A stretch of 64,000 nt of DNA from Alphaproteobacteria bacterium. Its GTDB lineage: Bacteria; Pseudomonadota; Alphaproteobacteria; UBA2966. The DNA is taken from positions 1 to 64,000 of the forward strand of contig OZ219857.1 of the NCBI GenBank assembly GCA_964291395.2. The letters are read 5' to 3'. Shown in pieces: positions 40,510 through 49,300 of this stretch. Within the stretch, counting starts at the first letter, position 1; every line of letters begins with the position of its first letter. Made by a program: the position numbers and the translations under genes. The notes under the pieces were generated by a model that worked only from the letters and a program-made list of their open reading frames with translations, ran no database searches and was not told the origin of the DNA.

Positions 40510-41970
40510 ATGCCGATGACGGATCGGTCCGTGGAACGAAAAGTCCTGCTGGGACACAAAATCCGCCGCTTTCGCGAGGATCTCGCCCTCAAGCAGAGCG
40601 AGATGGCGGAACAGCTCGAGATTTCACCGAGTTACCTGAACCTCATCGAGCACAATCAGCGGCCGGTGACGGTTCAACTCCTGTTTCGCCTCGGACAAGC
40701 GTTCGACATCGACCTCAAAGAATTCGCCGAAGACGACAATGCCCGGCTCTACGCGGGACTCCGGGAGGTGTTCGGCGACCCGCTGTTCGGAGACCGTCCG
40801 GCACGGGATGCGGACATCCGGGCCATCGCCGAGGCCGGGCCCACGGCGGCAGAGGCCGTACTTACGCTCTACAAGTCCTATCGCGAATTGCGCGAGGATT
40901 CCCAGATTCTGGCCGAACAGGTACAGGTGGCGAGCCGGGACACGCCGCAGGGGGTCGGCGGCCAGGTATTTCCGGTGGAGGAAGTCCGCGAGTATCTGCA
41001 GTCGGAGTCCAATCACTTCCCCGAAATCGAAGCGAGCGCGGAAGATCTGTGGATCGAAGCCGATCTGGATCCGACGGACGTGTTCCGTGGTCTCGGAAAT
41101 TACCTGCGCGACGTTCACGGTATCGAGGTGCGCGTGCTCCCCGTCGACGTGATGCCCGAGACTACGCGCCGCTACGATTTCCACCGTCGGCGCGTGCTCC
41201 TCTCCGAATTGCTCTCGCCGGCGGCGCGAAGCTTCCAACTCGCCGTTCAGGTCGCCCTCAACACGCACCGCGACCTGCTCGACCGCCACGTAGAACGGGC
41301 AGAGCTCTCAAGCCCGGAGGCCGAGCGTCTCTGCCGTCTGTCGCTCGCCAACTACCTCGCGGGCGGCGTCATCATGCCCTACGGACGGTTCCTCGACGCG
41401 GCCAAAACCTTGCGTTACGACATCGAGATCCTGCAACGCCGTTTCGGCGCCAGTTTCGAGCAGATCTGCCACCGCTTGACCACCCTCGACCGCCACGGCG
41501 CACGCGGAGTCCCCTTCTTCTTCATCCGGGTCGACAACGCCGGCAACGTTTCCAAACGCCTCAGCGGGGGCGGATTCCACTTCGCCCGATTCGGCGGCAC
41601 CTGTCCGCGCTGGATCGTGCATGATGCCTTTCGCATGCCGGGACAGATTCGAACCCAGGTAGCCGCCATGCCCGACGGCTCGCGGTTCTTCACGATTGCC
41701 CGAACCGTCGATCCGATCGAATCCCGGACATGGGAACAGCCGCCGCAATACGCCATCGGCTTGGGATGCGACATCCGAGACGCCGGACAGCTCGTCTACG
41801 CGGACGGCCTCAACCTTGAAAATGAACGGGCGGCGACCCCGATCGGTGTGGCATGCCGTGTCTGCGAGCGCCTCGACTGTCGGCAGCGGGCGCACCCACC
41901 ACTCAACTACCGCCTGAAAATCGACGAAAACGTGCGTCGCACCACGCCATTCACTTTCGCGCAGGAATAA
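40510..41970 (+). CDS. ramB: ScfR/RamB family XRE regulator
   Basis: N-terminal HTH ISPSYLNLIEHNQRP, SFEQICHRL, GGTCP and C-terminal CRVCERLDCRQRA; divergent from aceA. Confidence 0.88.
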   Translation: MPMTDRSVERKVLLGHKIRRFREDLALKQSEMAEQLEISPSYLNLIEHNQRPVTVQLLFRLGQAFDIDLKEFAEDDNARLYAGLREVFGDPLFGDRPARDADIRAIAEAGPTAAEAVLTLYKSYRELREDSQILAEQVQVASRDTPQGVGGQVFPVEEVREYLQSESNHFPEIEASAEDLWIEADLDPTDVFRGLGNYLRDVHGIEVRVLPVDVMPETTRRYDFHRRRVLLSELLSPAARSFQLAVQVALNTHRDLLDRHVERAELSSPEAERLCRLSLANYLAGGVIMPYGRFLDAAKTLRYDIEILQRRFGASFEQICHRLTTLDRHGARGVPFFFIRVDNAGNVSKRLSGGGFHFARFGGTCPRWIVHDAFRMPGQIRTQVAAMPDGSRFFTIARTVDPIESRTWEQPPQYAIGLGCDIRDAGQLVYADGLNLENERAATPIGVACRVCERLDCRQRAHPPLNYRLKIDENVRRTTPFTFAQE

Positions 41971-41976
41971 GTCGCT

Positions 41977-42744
41977 TCAGATCGCCATCTCACCGGCACG
42001 GATGAGGCCCGTCGCCTCGCCGCCGTCGACCCGATACTCCGAGCCGGTCACGTAGTCGGCGTCGTCAGAAGCCAGAAACACGGCGACCTTGGCGACGTCC
42101 TCGGGCCGGCCCCAGCGACGCGCCAGGTTATCCTTCGCCCACTGGGGACCGATCTCCCCGTCTTCGGCGAGCGAGATATTGAGCGGCGAGGCGATCATGC
42201 TGGGACAGAGCGCGTTGACGCAGATGTTGTTCGCCGAAAGATCCATGGCGAGCGCCCGGGTCAGGCCGACGATCCCGAACTTGGCGGCCACGTAGGCCAC
42301 GCGGTTGGGCCGCCCGCCGATCCCCGCGATCGAGGCGACGTTGACGACCTTGCCCTTTCCACGCGCGATCAGGTGAGGCACCACGGCCTTGGCAGCCAGG
42401 AACTGTCCCGTCAGGTTGACGTCGAGGATGCGCCGCCAGTCTTCCTCCGTGTGGTCGAGGAAAGATTTGACGATACGAATACCGGCGTTGTTGACGAGCG
42501 CGTCGATGCCGCCGAATCGTTCGCTGACGGCGTCGGCGGCAGCCTCGAGCTGATCGAGTTCGGTCACATCGGCCTCGAACGCCGCGGCATCACCGCCCAG
42601 CTCCGCGGCAAGCTCTTCCGCGGCCGGCAGGTTCACGTCGAGCAAGGCCGTTCGCGCGCCTTCCGCGACGAACGCCCTGGCGATCGCGGCGCCGATCCCG
42701 CTGCCTGCGCCCGTGATGACCGTCACCTTGTTCTCCAACCGCAT
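41977..42744 (-). CDS. SDR family oxidoreductase
   Basis: TGAGSGIG, NNAG and YVAAK motifs. Confidence 0.92.
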   Translation of the reverse strand: MRLENKVTVITGAGSGIGAAIARAFVAEGARTALLDVNLPAAEELAAELGGDAAAFEADVTELDQLEAAADAVSERFGGIDALVNNAGIRIVKSFLDHTEEDWRRILDVNLTGQFLAAKAVVPHLIARGKGKVVNVASIAGIGGRPNRVAYVAAKFGIVGLTRALAMDLSANNICVNALCPSMIASPLNISLAEDGEIGPQWAKDNLARRWGRPEDVAKVAVFLASDDADYVTGSEYRVDGGEATGLIRAGEMAI

Positions 42745-42863
42745 GCCGCTCTCCCGTCATCCATCCTCCGACCGCCGATCAGACCACGTCCGCCGGGTCG
42801 CCGCCAGCGCCGTTTGTGGTATCAAGGGGCAACTTCGAGATCACGAAGAACGAGGATCGGAAC

Positions 42864-43334
42864 ATGGCGAAAGAACACACCTATTCGGCAACCGTGACGT
42901 GGACGGGAAACCGGGGCGAGGGGACGACCAACTACAAGGCCTATACCCGCCACTACGACATCGCCTGCGACGGCAAGCCGGTGATCAAGGGCTCCGCCGA
43001 TCCCGGATACATGGGCGACGCCGCTTGTCACAACCCGGAGGACATGCTGCTGGCCGCCCTATCCGCCTGCCACATGCTCTGGTACCTGCATCTCTGCGCG
43101 GTCAGCAAAGTCGTGGTGACGGCCTACGAGGATACCGCGGAAGGGGCGATGCTGACCAATCCGGACGGATCCGGCGAGTTCACGGGCGTGACGCTGAAAC
43201 CCCGAATTACGGTTACGCCCGAAAGCGATTTGGCGAAGGCGGAAAGCCTGCACGAAAAGGCGAATGCCATGTGCTTCATCGCCCGGTCCGTCAATTTCCC
43301 CGTCGAACACGACGCGGAGATCACGCAGGGGTGA
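42864..43334 (+). CDS. OsmC/Ohr family protein
   Basis: NPEDMLLAALSACHMLWYL...CFIARSV. Confidence 0.9.
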   Translation: MAKEHTYSATVTWTGNRGEGTTNYKAYTRHYDIACDGKPVIKGSADPGYMGDAACHNPEDMLLAALSACHMLWYLHLCAVSKVVVTAYEDTAEGAMLTNPDGSGEFTGVTLKPRITVTPESDLAKAESLHEKANAMCFIARSVNFPVEHDAEITQG

Positions 43335-43336
43335 CG

Positions 43337-44356
43337 CTACGCCAGGTAGGCGTCAACCTCGTCCAGGTATTCCCGCTTCTCCGACTCGTCGAGGAACGAA
43401 GCTTCGAACGAATTCCGGGCCAGTTCGGCGAGTTCACGCTCACCGAGTCCGAACGCGTCCCGCAGCGCGCGATAGTTCCCATTGACGTAGCTCCCGAAGT
43501 ACGCGGGATCGTCCGAGTTCACCGTCACGAACAGGCCCGCCTCCCGCATCGCCTCGATCGGATGCGCCGCGATCCCGTCAAAAACCTTGAGACGGACATT
43601 GGAGAGCGGACAAACGGTCAGGGGTATGCGCTCCCGCCGGAGCCGGGCGACGACGTCCGGGTCTTCCATCGCCCGCACGCCATGATCGATGCGCTCGACA
43701 CCGAGCTCATCGAGGGCTTCGCGCACGTAACCCGCCGGGCCTTCCTCGCCCGCGTGCGCCACGGTCCGAAACCCTTCGGAGCGCGCCCTGGCGAACACGT
43801 CGCGAAACTTCGACGGCGGGTTCCCCACCTCGGCCGAATCGAGGCCGACGGCGACGATACGGTCTCGGTAGGGCAGCGAAGCCTCCAACGTAGCCATCGC
43901 GTCCCCGGCAGGCAGGTCCCGGAGGAAACACATGATGAGGCGCGATGTGACGCCGAGAGTCCGGACGCCCTCAGACAGCGCGCCCGCGATGCCCTCGATC
44001 ACCGACCCCAACGGTATGCCGCGTCGCGTGTGCCCCTGGGGATCGAAAAAAATCTCCGCGTGCCGGACATTCTCGGTTCGCGCCCTTTCCAGATAGGCGA
44101 TCGTGAGATCATGGAAATCCCGGGCCTCGCGCAACACCGCCATGCCGCCGTAGTAAAGATCGAGAAATCCCTGCAGGTCCGGGAAGTCGTAGGCCGCCCG
44201 TAATTCTTCAACCGAAGCGTAAGGGAGGGGCACGCCGTTCTTCCGGGCAAGACGGAACATCATCTCGGGCTCCAGCGTCCCCTCGATGTGAAGGTGAAGC
44301 TCGGCCTTCGGCAGGCCGGCAATGAAGTCCCTCCGCTCCGTCAGTCCGTCCACCAT
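43337..44356 (-). CDS. add: Adenosine/adenine deaminase
   Basis: PKAELHLHIEG, HAGEEG, RIDHG and NSDDPAYF motifs. Confidence 0.92.
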   Translation of the reverse strand: MVDGLTERRDFIAGLPKAELHLHIEGTLEPEMMFRLARKNGVPLPYASVEELRAAYDFPDLQGFLDLYYGGMAVLREARDFHDLTIAYLERARTENVRHAEIFFDPQGHTRRGIPLGSVIEGIAGALSEGVRTLGVTSRLIMCFLRDLPAGDAMATLEASLPYRDRIVAVGLDSAEVGNPPSKFRDVFARARSEGFRTVAHAGEEGPAGYVREALDELGVERIDHGVRAMEDPDVVARLRRERIPLTVCPLSNVRLKVFDGIAAHPIEAMREAGLFVTVNSDDPAYFGSYVNGNYRALRDAFGLGERELAELARNSFEASFLDESEKREYLDEVDAYLA

Positions 44357-44467
44357 CCCATTCCAGTCGGCGTTCAGCCCGTGCTCCCGAGACAGGACGG
44401 GGCCGAGAAGGTAACTTCAGGTAACGGGGAAGACCATCGAAAATCAAGACGAGAGGCCCAGATCGCC

Positions 44468-45382
44468 ATGAAGTACGCAGCCCTCATGCCCATGATGGAA
44501 GAACACGCGACGGTGGAGAACCTGATCAGCTTCGCCAAGAAGGCCGAGACGTTGGGATTCCACGCGCTGTTCGCCAGCGACCACGTCGTCATCCCCTATG
44601 AGATCAAACCCGTCTACAAGGGCTCCGCCGACGGCCACTTCCCGTTCCCGAAGGAAGGCATCATCATCGATCCGATCATCGCCATGTCCGTCGTCGGCAC
44701 CGCGACGGAGCGCATCAAGGTGGCGACGGCGATCCTCGTCCTCCCCCATCGGAATCCCCTGCTCGTCGCGAAACAGCTGGCGTCGGTCGACTATCTCACG
44801 GGCGGGCGCGTGATCCTGGGCGCCGGCGTCGGCTGGATGGAGGAGGAGATCACCATGCTCGGCCAGCCCTTCGCAGAGCGGGGCGCCTGGTGCACCGAGG
44901 CCATCGATCTGATGCGCGTCATGTGGGCCGAAGAGAAAGCAAGCTTCCAGGGCCGATATTTCCAGATCCCCGACGTCGGATTCCAGCCCAAGCCCGTGAA
45001 CAAACGCATCCCGATCCTGATCGGCGGCACGTCGAAACCGGCACTGCGCCGGGTGGTCGAGCAGGGCGACGGCTGGCTGCCGTCGAACTCGACCTTCGAG
45101 ATGCTGGAAGACGGCATCGCGACGCTGCAGAAGGGATGCGAGCAACAGGGCCGAGACTACGGCGAACTGGTGATCTGCCTGCGGGCGCGCATGGCCTTCG
45201 AAGCGATGGATTCCAAGTACAAGGTCATGTTCGTGGGATCCGAGGAGCAGATCATCGACAGCCTGGGCCGCCTCAAGGAGATGGGTATCGGCATGGTGCT
45301 CTTCGAGCCGATCTACAAGGAGTACGATCAGTGGGTCGACGCCCACGAACGGATTGCCGCAGACATCATGACGAAGGTTTAG
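44468..45382 (+). CDS. LLM-class (putatively F420-dependent) oxidoreductase
   Basis: SDHVVIP, LVLPHRNPLLVAKQLASVD and GVGWMEEE motifs. Confidence 0.88.
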   Translation: MKYAALMPMMEEHATVENLISFAKKAETLGFHALFASDHVVIPYEIKPVYKGSADGHFPFPKEGIIIDPIIAMSVVGTATERIKVATAILVLPHRNPLLVAKQLASVDYLTGGRVILGAGVGWMEEEITMLGQPFAERGAWCTEAIDLMRVMWAEEKASFQGRYFQIPDVGFQPKPVNKRIPILIGGTSKPALRRVVEQGDGWLPSNSTFEMLEDGIATLQKGCEQQGRDYGELVICLRARMAFEAMDSKYKVMFVGSEEQIIDSLGRLKEMGIGMVLFEPIYKEYDQWVDAHERIAADIMTKV

Positions 45383-45418
45383 CCCCGCACGAGCGGAGGC
45401 TCCGGCGGTCCGCCGGCT

Positions 45419-46933
45419 CTACTTGAGGAACACCTGATAGACGGGATTCTCGGTCTCCTCGACATACTGGAAGTCCGCATTCTCGAGGAATTCCCGGAAT
45501 TCAGGCTCGCTGCACGCCGACACCTGAAAGCCCATCAGAACACGCCCATAGGCCGATCCATGGTTGCGGTAGTGGAACAGGCTGATATTCCAGCGCTGTC
45601 CCATCTCGTTCAGGAAGCCGAGCAAGGCGCCGGGCCGTTCCGGAAAGAAGAAGCGGTAGAGTTTCTCCTCGAGGCCGCCGCCGCCGTGCCCGCCGACCAT
45701 GTACCGGACGTGGATCTTGGCGAGCTCGTTGTCGGTCATGTCGACGACCGGAAAGCCCGCGCCCTCGAGGGTCGAGAGCAGACCGTCCCGTTCCTGCCGC
45801 CCCTGCTGCAGCTCGAGGCCGACGAAGATCTGTGCGGCTTCGGTGTCCGCGAAGCGGTAGTTGAACTCGGTGATGGAGCGCTTGCCGACGACCTCGCAGA
45901 ACTGCCGAAGACTGCCGGGCCGCTCCGGGATGGTGACGGCGAACAAGGCCTCGCGCTCGCGCCCGATGTCGGCGCGCTCGGAGATGTGCCGCAGGCGGTC
46001 GAAGTTGACGTTGGCGCCGGACAGGATCGCGATCAGCGTCTCGTCGCGGGACTGCCTCGCGGCGGCATAGGCTTTCAGTCCGGCGACGGCGAGGGCCCCG
46101 GCGGGTTCGGCGATCGAGCGGGTGTCCTCGTAAATGTCCAGGATGGCGGCGCAGATCTCGTCGGTGCTCACGAGAACGATGTCGTCCACGCATTCCGCCG
46201 CGATGCGATAGGTCTCCCGTCCGACCGTGCGCACGGCGACGCCGTCGGCAAACAGGCCCACTTCGTTCAGTTCCATCGGGTGCCCCGCCTTCAGCGCGGC
46301 GTGCATGGTGGCGGCATCTTCCGGCTCCACGCCGATGATCCTGATGCCCGGCCAAAGCGCCTTGACGTAGGCCGCGATGCCGGCGATCAGCCCGCCCCCG
46401 CCGATGGGCACGAAGATGGCGTCGATGCCGTTGCCGTGCTGGCGGAGGATCTCCAGACCGATGGTGCCCTGTCCGGCAATCACGTCGGCGTCCTCGAAGG
46501 GATGAACGAAGGTCAAACCCTCGTCGTCCGCGATGACATGAGCCCGCTGGAACGATTCGTCGACGGAAATCCCATGCAGGATGACGTCTCCGCCGAGCCG
46601 CGCGACGGCATCGGACTTGATCCGCGGCGTCGTGGTAGGCATGACGACGACCGCTCTCAGGCCCAGTGCCGACGCCGCAAGCGCCACGCCTTGAGCATGA
46701 TTGCCCGCCGACGCACAAACCACGCCGCCGGCGCAGGCGTCCCTGTCAAGATTGGCGATCTTGTTGTAAGCGCCGCGGATCTTGAACGAGAAGACCGGCT
46801 GCAGATCCTCGCGCTTCAGCAGCACGTTGTGCCGGATCGCCTCGGACAGCAGGGTCATCCGCTCGAGGGGAGTTTCCCGGGCTACGTCATAGACGTTCGC
46901 ACGGAGAACCCGCTCCAGATAGGACTTCGGCAT
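45419..46933 (-). CDS. ilvA: Threonine ammonia-lyase, biosynthetic
   Basis: KREDLQPVFSFKIRGA and SAGNHAQG motifs plus C-terminal PERPG regulatory repeats. Confidence 0.97.
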   Translation of the reverse strand: MPKSYLERVLRANVYDVARETPLERMTLLSEAIRHNVLLKREDLQPVFSFKIRGAYNKIANLDRDACAGGVVCASAGNHAQGVALAASALGLRAVVVMPTTTPRIKSDAVARLGGDVILHGISVDESFQRAHVIADDEGLTFVHPFEDADVIAGQGTIGLEILRQHGNGIDAIFVPIGGGGLIAGIAAYVKALWPGIRIIGVEPEDAATMHAALKAGHPMELNEVGLFADGVAVRTVGRETYRIAAECVDDIVLVSTDEICAAILDIYEDTRSIAEPAGALAVAGLKAYAAARQSRDETLIAILSGANVNFDRLRHISERADIGREREALFAVTIPERPGSLRQFCEVVGKRSITEFNYRFADTEAAQIFVGLELQQGRQERDGLLSTLEGAGFPVVDMTDNELAKIHVRYMVGGHGGGGLEEKLYRFFFPERPGALLGFLNEMGQRWNISLFHYRNHGSAYGRVLMGFQVSACSEPEFREFLENADFQYVEETENPVYQVFLK

Positions 46934-47100
46934 GGCCGTGGACCCCACCTCTCCGCCGGCGGATGAAGGATGGCGGCGCTCCAATGACAGCTTCGCGGCG
47001 ATATTGCAAGATATTCCGACGGAAAAGGCATGGCGACGACGCCCTCGTCGACTCACTTCCGGCGACAATTCAAATCCGGGCCCGCGAATCGAGATCAGAC

Positions 47101-48207
47101 ATGCCGGAGAAATACTTTTCGACAACGTATACCGAGGCACGGGAAAGCTTCCTCTCCGCGTGTCGTGACGCCGGCGCAGCCGTCGAGAGTCACCGCAATC
47201 CAGAGCGTGGACCCGAGGGGGAGCCGCTCTACTGCGATGCGGCCTGGATCGGAGACCGCGCCGCAGGCGGCGTGATCGTCGTGACCTCGGCGACCCATGG
47301 CGTGGAGGGGTACGCCGGATCGGGTATCCAGGTCGGCCTGCTGCGGGACCCGGATGCGCCGAAGCCGGGACCGGGCGCCGCCATGCTGCTCATCCACGCC
47401 CTCAATCCTCACGGCATGGCGTGGCTCCGGCGCGAGAACGAGGACAACGTCGACCTCAACCGGAATTTCGTCGACCACGAAGGCGGCAACTACCCCGAAA
47501 ACGGCCTCTTCGAGGAGCTGGTCGACTTCCTCGTGCCCGAGGTCTGGGACGACGAGGCCTACGAGGCGTACATGGCGGGAATCGCCGGCCTCAACGCGAA
47601 ATACGGCGAGGTGCCGGTCCGCAAGGCGATGCACAAGGGGCAGTACCGCCACCCCGACAGCATTCACTACGGCGGCGACAAGGCGACCTGGTCGAACCGG
47701 ACCTTGAGCCGCATCTGCGCGGACCGTCTGGCCCGGGCGAAATCGGCGGTGATGATCGACCTGCACACGGGCCTCGGCCCCTACGGCTACGGCGAACTGA
47801 TGACGCCCGGCAAACCCGGAGAACCGGTCTACGACCTGCTGTTCGACTGGTATGGAGAGCAGGTGCACAGCACGACGGCCGGCGAGAGCCCGTATGCGGG
47901 TTCCGAGGGCAGCATTCTCGCCGGTTTCCGGCCGCCCGGGGAAGGACTGGAGTGGGCCGCGGTGGGGCTCGAGTACGGCACCCGCGAGCGCGAGCACATC
48001 CGCCGCTGCACACTCGCCAGTTCCTGGCTGCACCTCCATGGCGACCGGAACAGCGATCTCGGCCGGAAGATCCTCCGCGAGTTCAAGGACTGCTATTTCC
48101 CGGACGAAGCGGGATGGAAGGAATCGATCTGGGAGCGCGGCAAGGAGGTCGTGGGCATTGCGCTCGACCGGATCGCCGCGAACCGCCGGTCCGCGCGCGG
48201 GAGGTGA
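47101..48207 (+). CDS. DUF2817 / M14-like metallopeptidase
   Basis: SATHGVEG, HALNPHG, NVDLNRNF and IDLHTGLG motifs. Confidence 0.85.
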   Translation: MPEKYFSTTYTEARESFLSACRDAGAAVESHRNPERGPEGEPLYCDAAWIGDRAAGGVIVVTSATHGVEGYAGSGIQVGLLRDPDAPKPGPGAAMLLIHALNPHGMAWLRRENEDNVDLNRNFVDHEGGNYPENGLFEELVDFLVPEVWDDEAYEAYMAGIAGLNAKYGEVPVRKAMHKGQYRHPDSIHYGGDKATWSNRTLSRICADRLARAKSAVMIDLHTGLGPYGYGELMTPGKPGEPVYDLLFDWYGEQVHSTTAGESPYAGSEGSILAGFRPPGEGLEWAAVGLEYGTREREHIRRCTLASSWLHLHGDRNSDLGRKILREFKDCYFPDEAGWKESIWERGKEVVGIALDRIAANRRSARGR

Positions 48208-48214
48208 CGGGCCG

Positions 48215-48590
48215 CCGTCCGGCGCGGCGGATGCCGGGGGTCTCCGCGATCCGCCGGCTGGCCGGGTTGTTCCGGTGCCCCAGACAGATCCGCCGCTCGA
48301 TCTCGCCAATCTCCTCGTCCAGGCGAGCGATCCGCGCCCACTGCTCGCGCAAGGTGTCGATGATCATCGCCGGCAACCGCTCGGCGACCCCGGAACAAGG
48401 TCGGAGCATTTCGCGGTCTGTCTTTCTAACCGACTTCATCGCTGAAGCAGGCCATGAGCGATCAAGGCAAGGAAGAGAACCGGCCGACGGCACCGGATGC
48501 ATGAACGGGATTGGTGCGGGACCCGGCACGGTGTGTCGAGGGCGCTCACCGATTGGACTGCCGTGGGACTTGGAGATGTCGGCTGTGTCG
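48215..48590 (-). mobile_element. IS110-family transposase remnant
   Basis: Fragments ADISKSH, RKTDR and IARLDEEIGEIERRI......PASRRIAETPGI; heavily deleted. Confidence 0.55.
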
Positions 48591-48604
48591 CCAAGCGAAT
48601 TGAC

Positions 48605-48628
48605 GCGAGGCGTGTGGCGGTGCGGTTG
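48605..48628 (+). repeat. 24-bp perfect direct repeat, left copy
   Basis: GCGAGGCGTGTGGCGGTGCGGTTG, identical to 49090..49113. Confidence 0.95.
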
Positions 48629-48656
48629 AAGCGGCAGCAACGATACACATCTCTGT

Positions 48657-48896
48657 ATGAAGACGACCCTGAACTTCGATGACCGCCTGATTCGCGAAGC
48701 CAAGGCGCGAGCCGCCCAGGACGGCGAAACGCTGACCCGCCTGATCGAGCGCGCCCTGCGGGACTATCTCCGGCCCGCGCGCCGTCCCGTGCGCGATTTC
48801 CGCGCCAGGCTTCTGACCAAGCGGGGTTCTGCACTCGCCGGCGTAGACCTCGACGATCGCGGCCTGCTCTACGAGAGAATGGACGGGCGCGATTGA
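48657..48896 (+). CDS. vapB: VapB antitoxin (RHH, DUF2191-like)
   Basis: MKTTLNFDDRLIREAKARAA..GETLT.LIE.ALR...GVDLDD. Confidence 0.85.
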   Translation: MKTTLNFDDRLIREAKARAAQDGETLTRLIERALRDYLRPARRPVRDFRARLLTKRGSALAGVDLDDRGLLYERMDGRD

Positions 48897-49085
48897 TCGC
48901 GGTTGACACCGACGTTCTCGTTCATGCGCATCGCCAGGACTCGCCAAAGCACGACGCGGCTCACGCACGTGTCGTGGCGCTCGCCGAGTCACCCTCCCGC
49001 TGGGCGATTCCGGTGTTCTGCATCGGGGAGTTCGTTCGGGTAATCACGCACCCGCGGCTGTTCCATGCTCCGCACTCGGCGCGGC
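48893..49085 (+). pseudogene. vapC: VapC PIN toxin truncated after ~62 aa
   Basis: MIAVDTDVLVHAHR.DSPKH...WAIP..CIGEFVRVITHPRLF, after which similarity stops at the repeat/IS junction. Confidence 0.8.
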
Positions 49086-49235
49086 GCGGGCGAGGCGTGT
49101 GGCGGTGCGGTTGGCGAGTTCCTCGACCTTGCATCCGGATTTGAGGATTCGGTGCCAGTCCTCGATGCGCTCCTCCTCCGGCGTGAAGCCCGAGGTCAGG
49201 AAATCCAGGGGCTCGCCCGAGGCACCGTCGGTGCG
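49082..49235 (-). mobile_element. IS4-family (IS50/Tn5-like) transposase fragment
   Basis: Minus-strand translation EPLDFLTS...RIEDWHRILKSGCKVEELANRTATRLARA, the YREK-region motif. Confidence 0.75.
49090..49113 (+). repeat. 24-bp perfect direct repeat, right copy
   Basis: Identical to 48605..48628. Confidence 0.95.
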
Positions 49236-49241
49236 GGGGGT

Positions 49242-49288
49242 GAAGCGAGACTAGGCGAGACTAAGCGAGAACTAGGCGAACTGAGAAC
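49242..49288 (-). repeat. 10-bp-period tandem element, copy B (inverted)
   Basis: Reverse complement reads ttctcagttcgccta gttctcgctta gtctcgccta gtctcgcttc. Confidence 0.8.
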
Positions 49289-49300
49289 CGGGCCGCCGCG

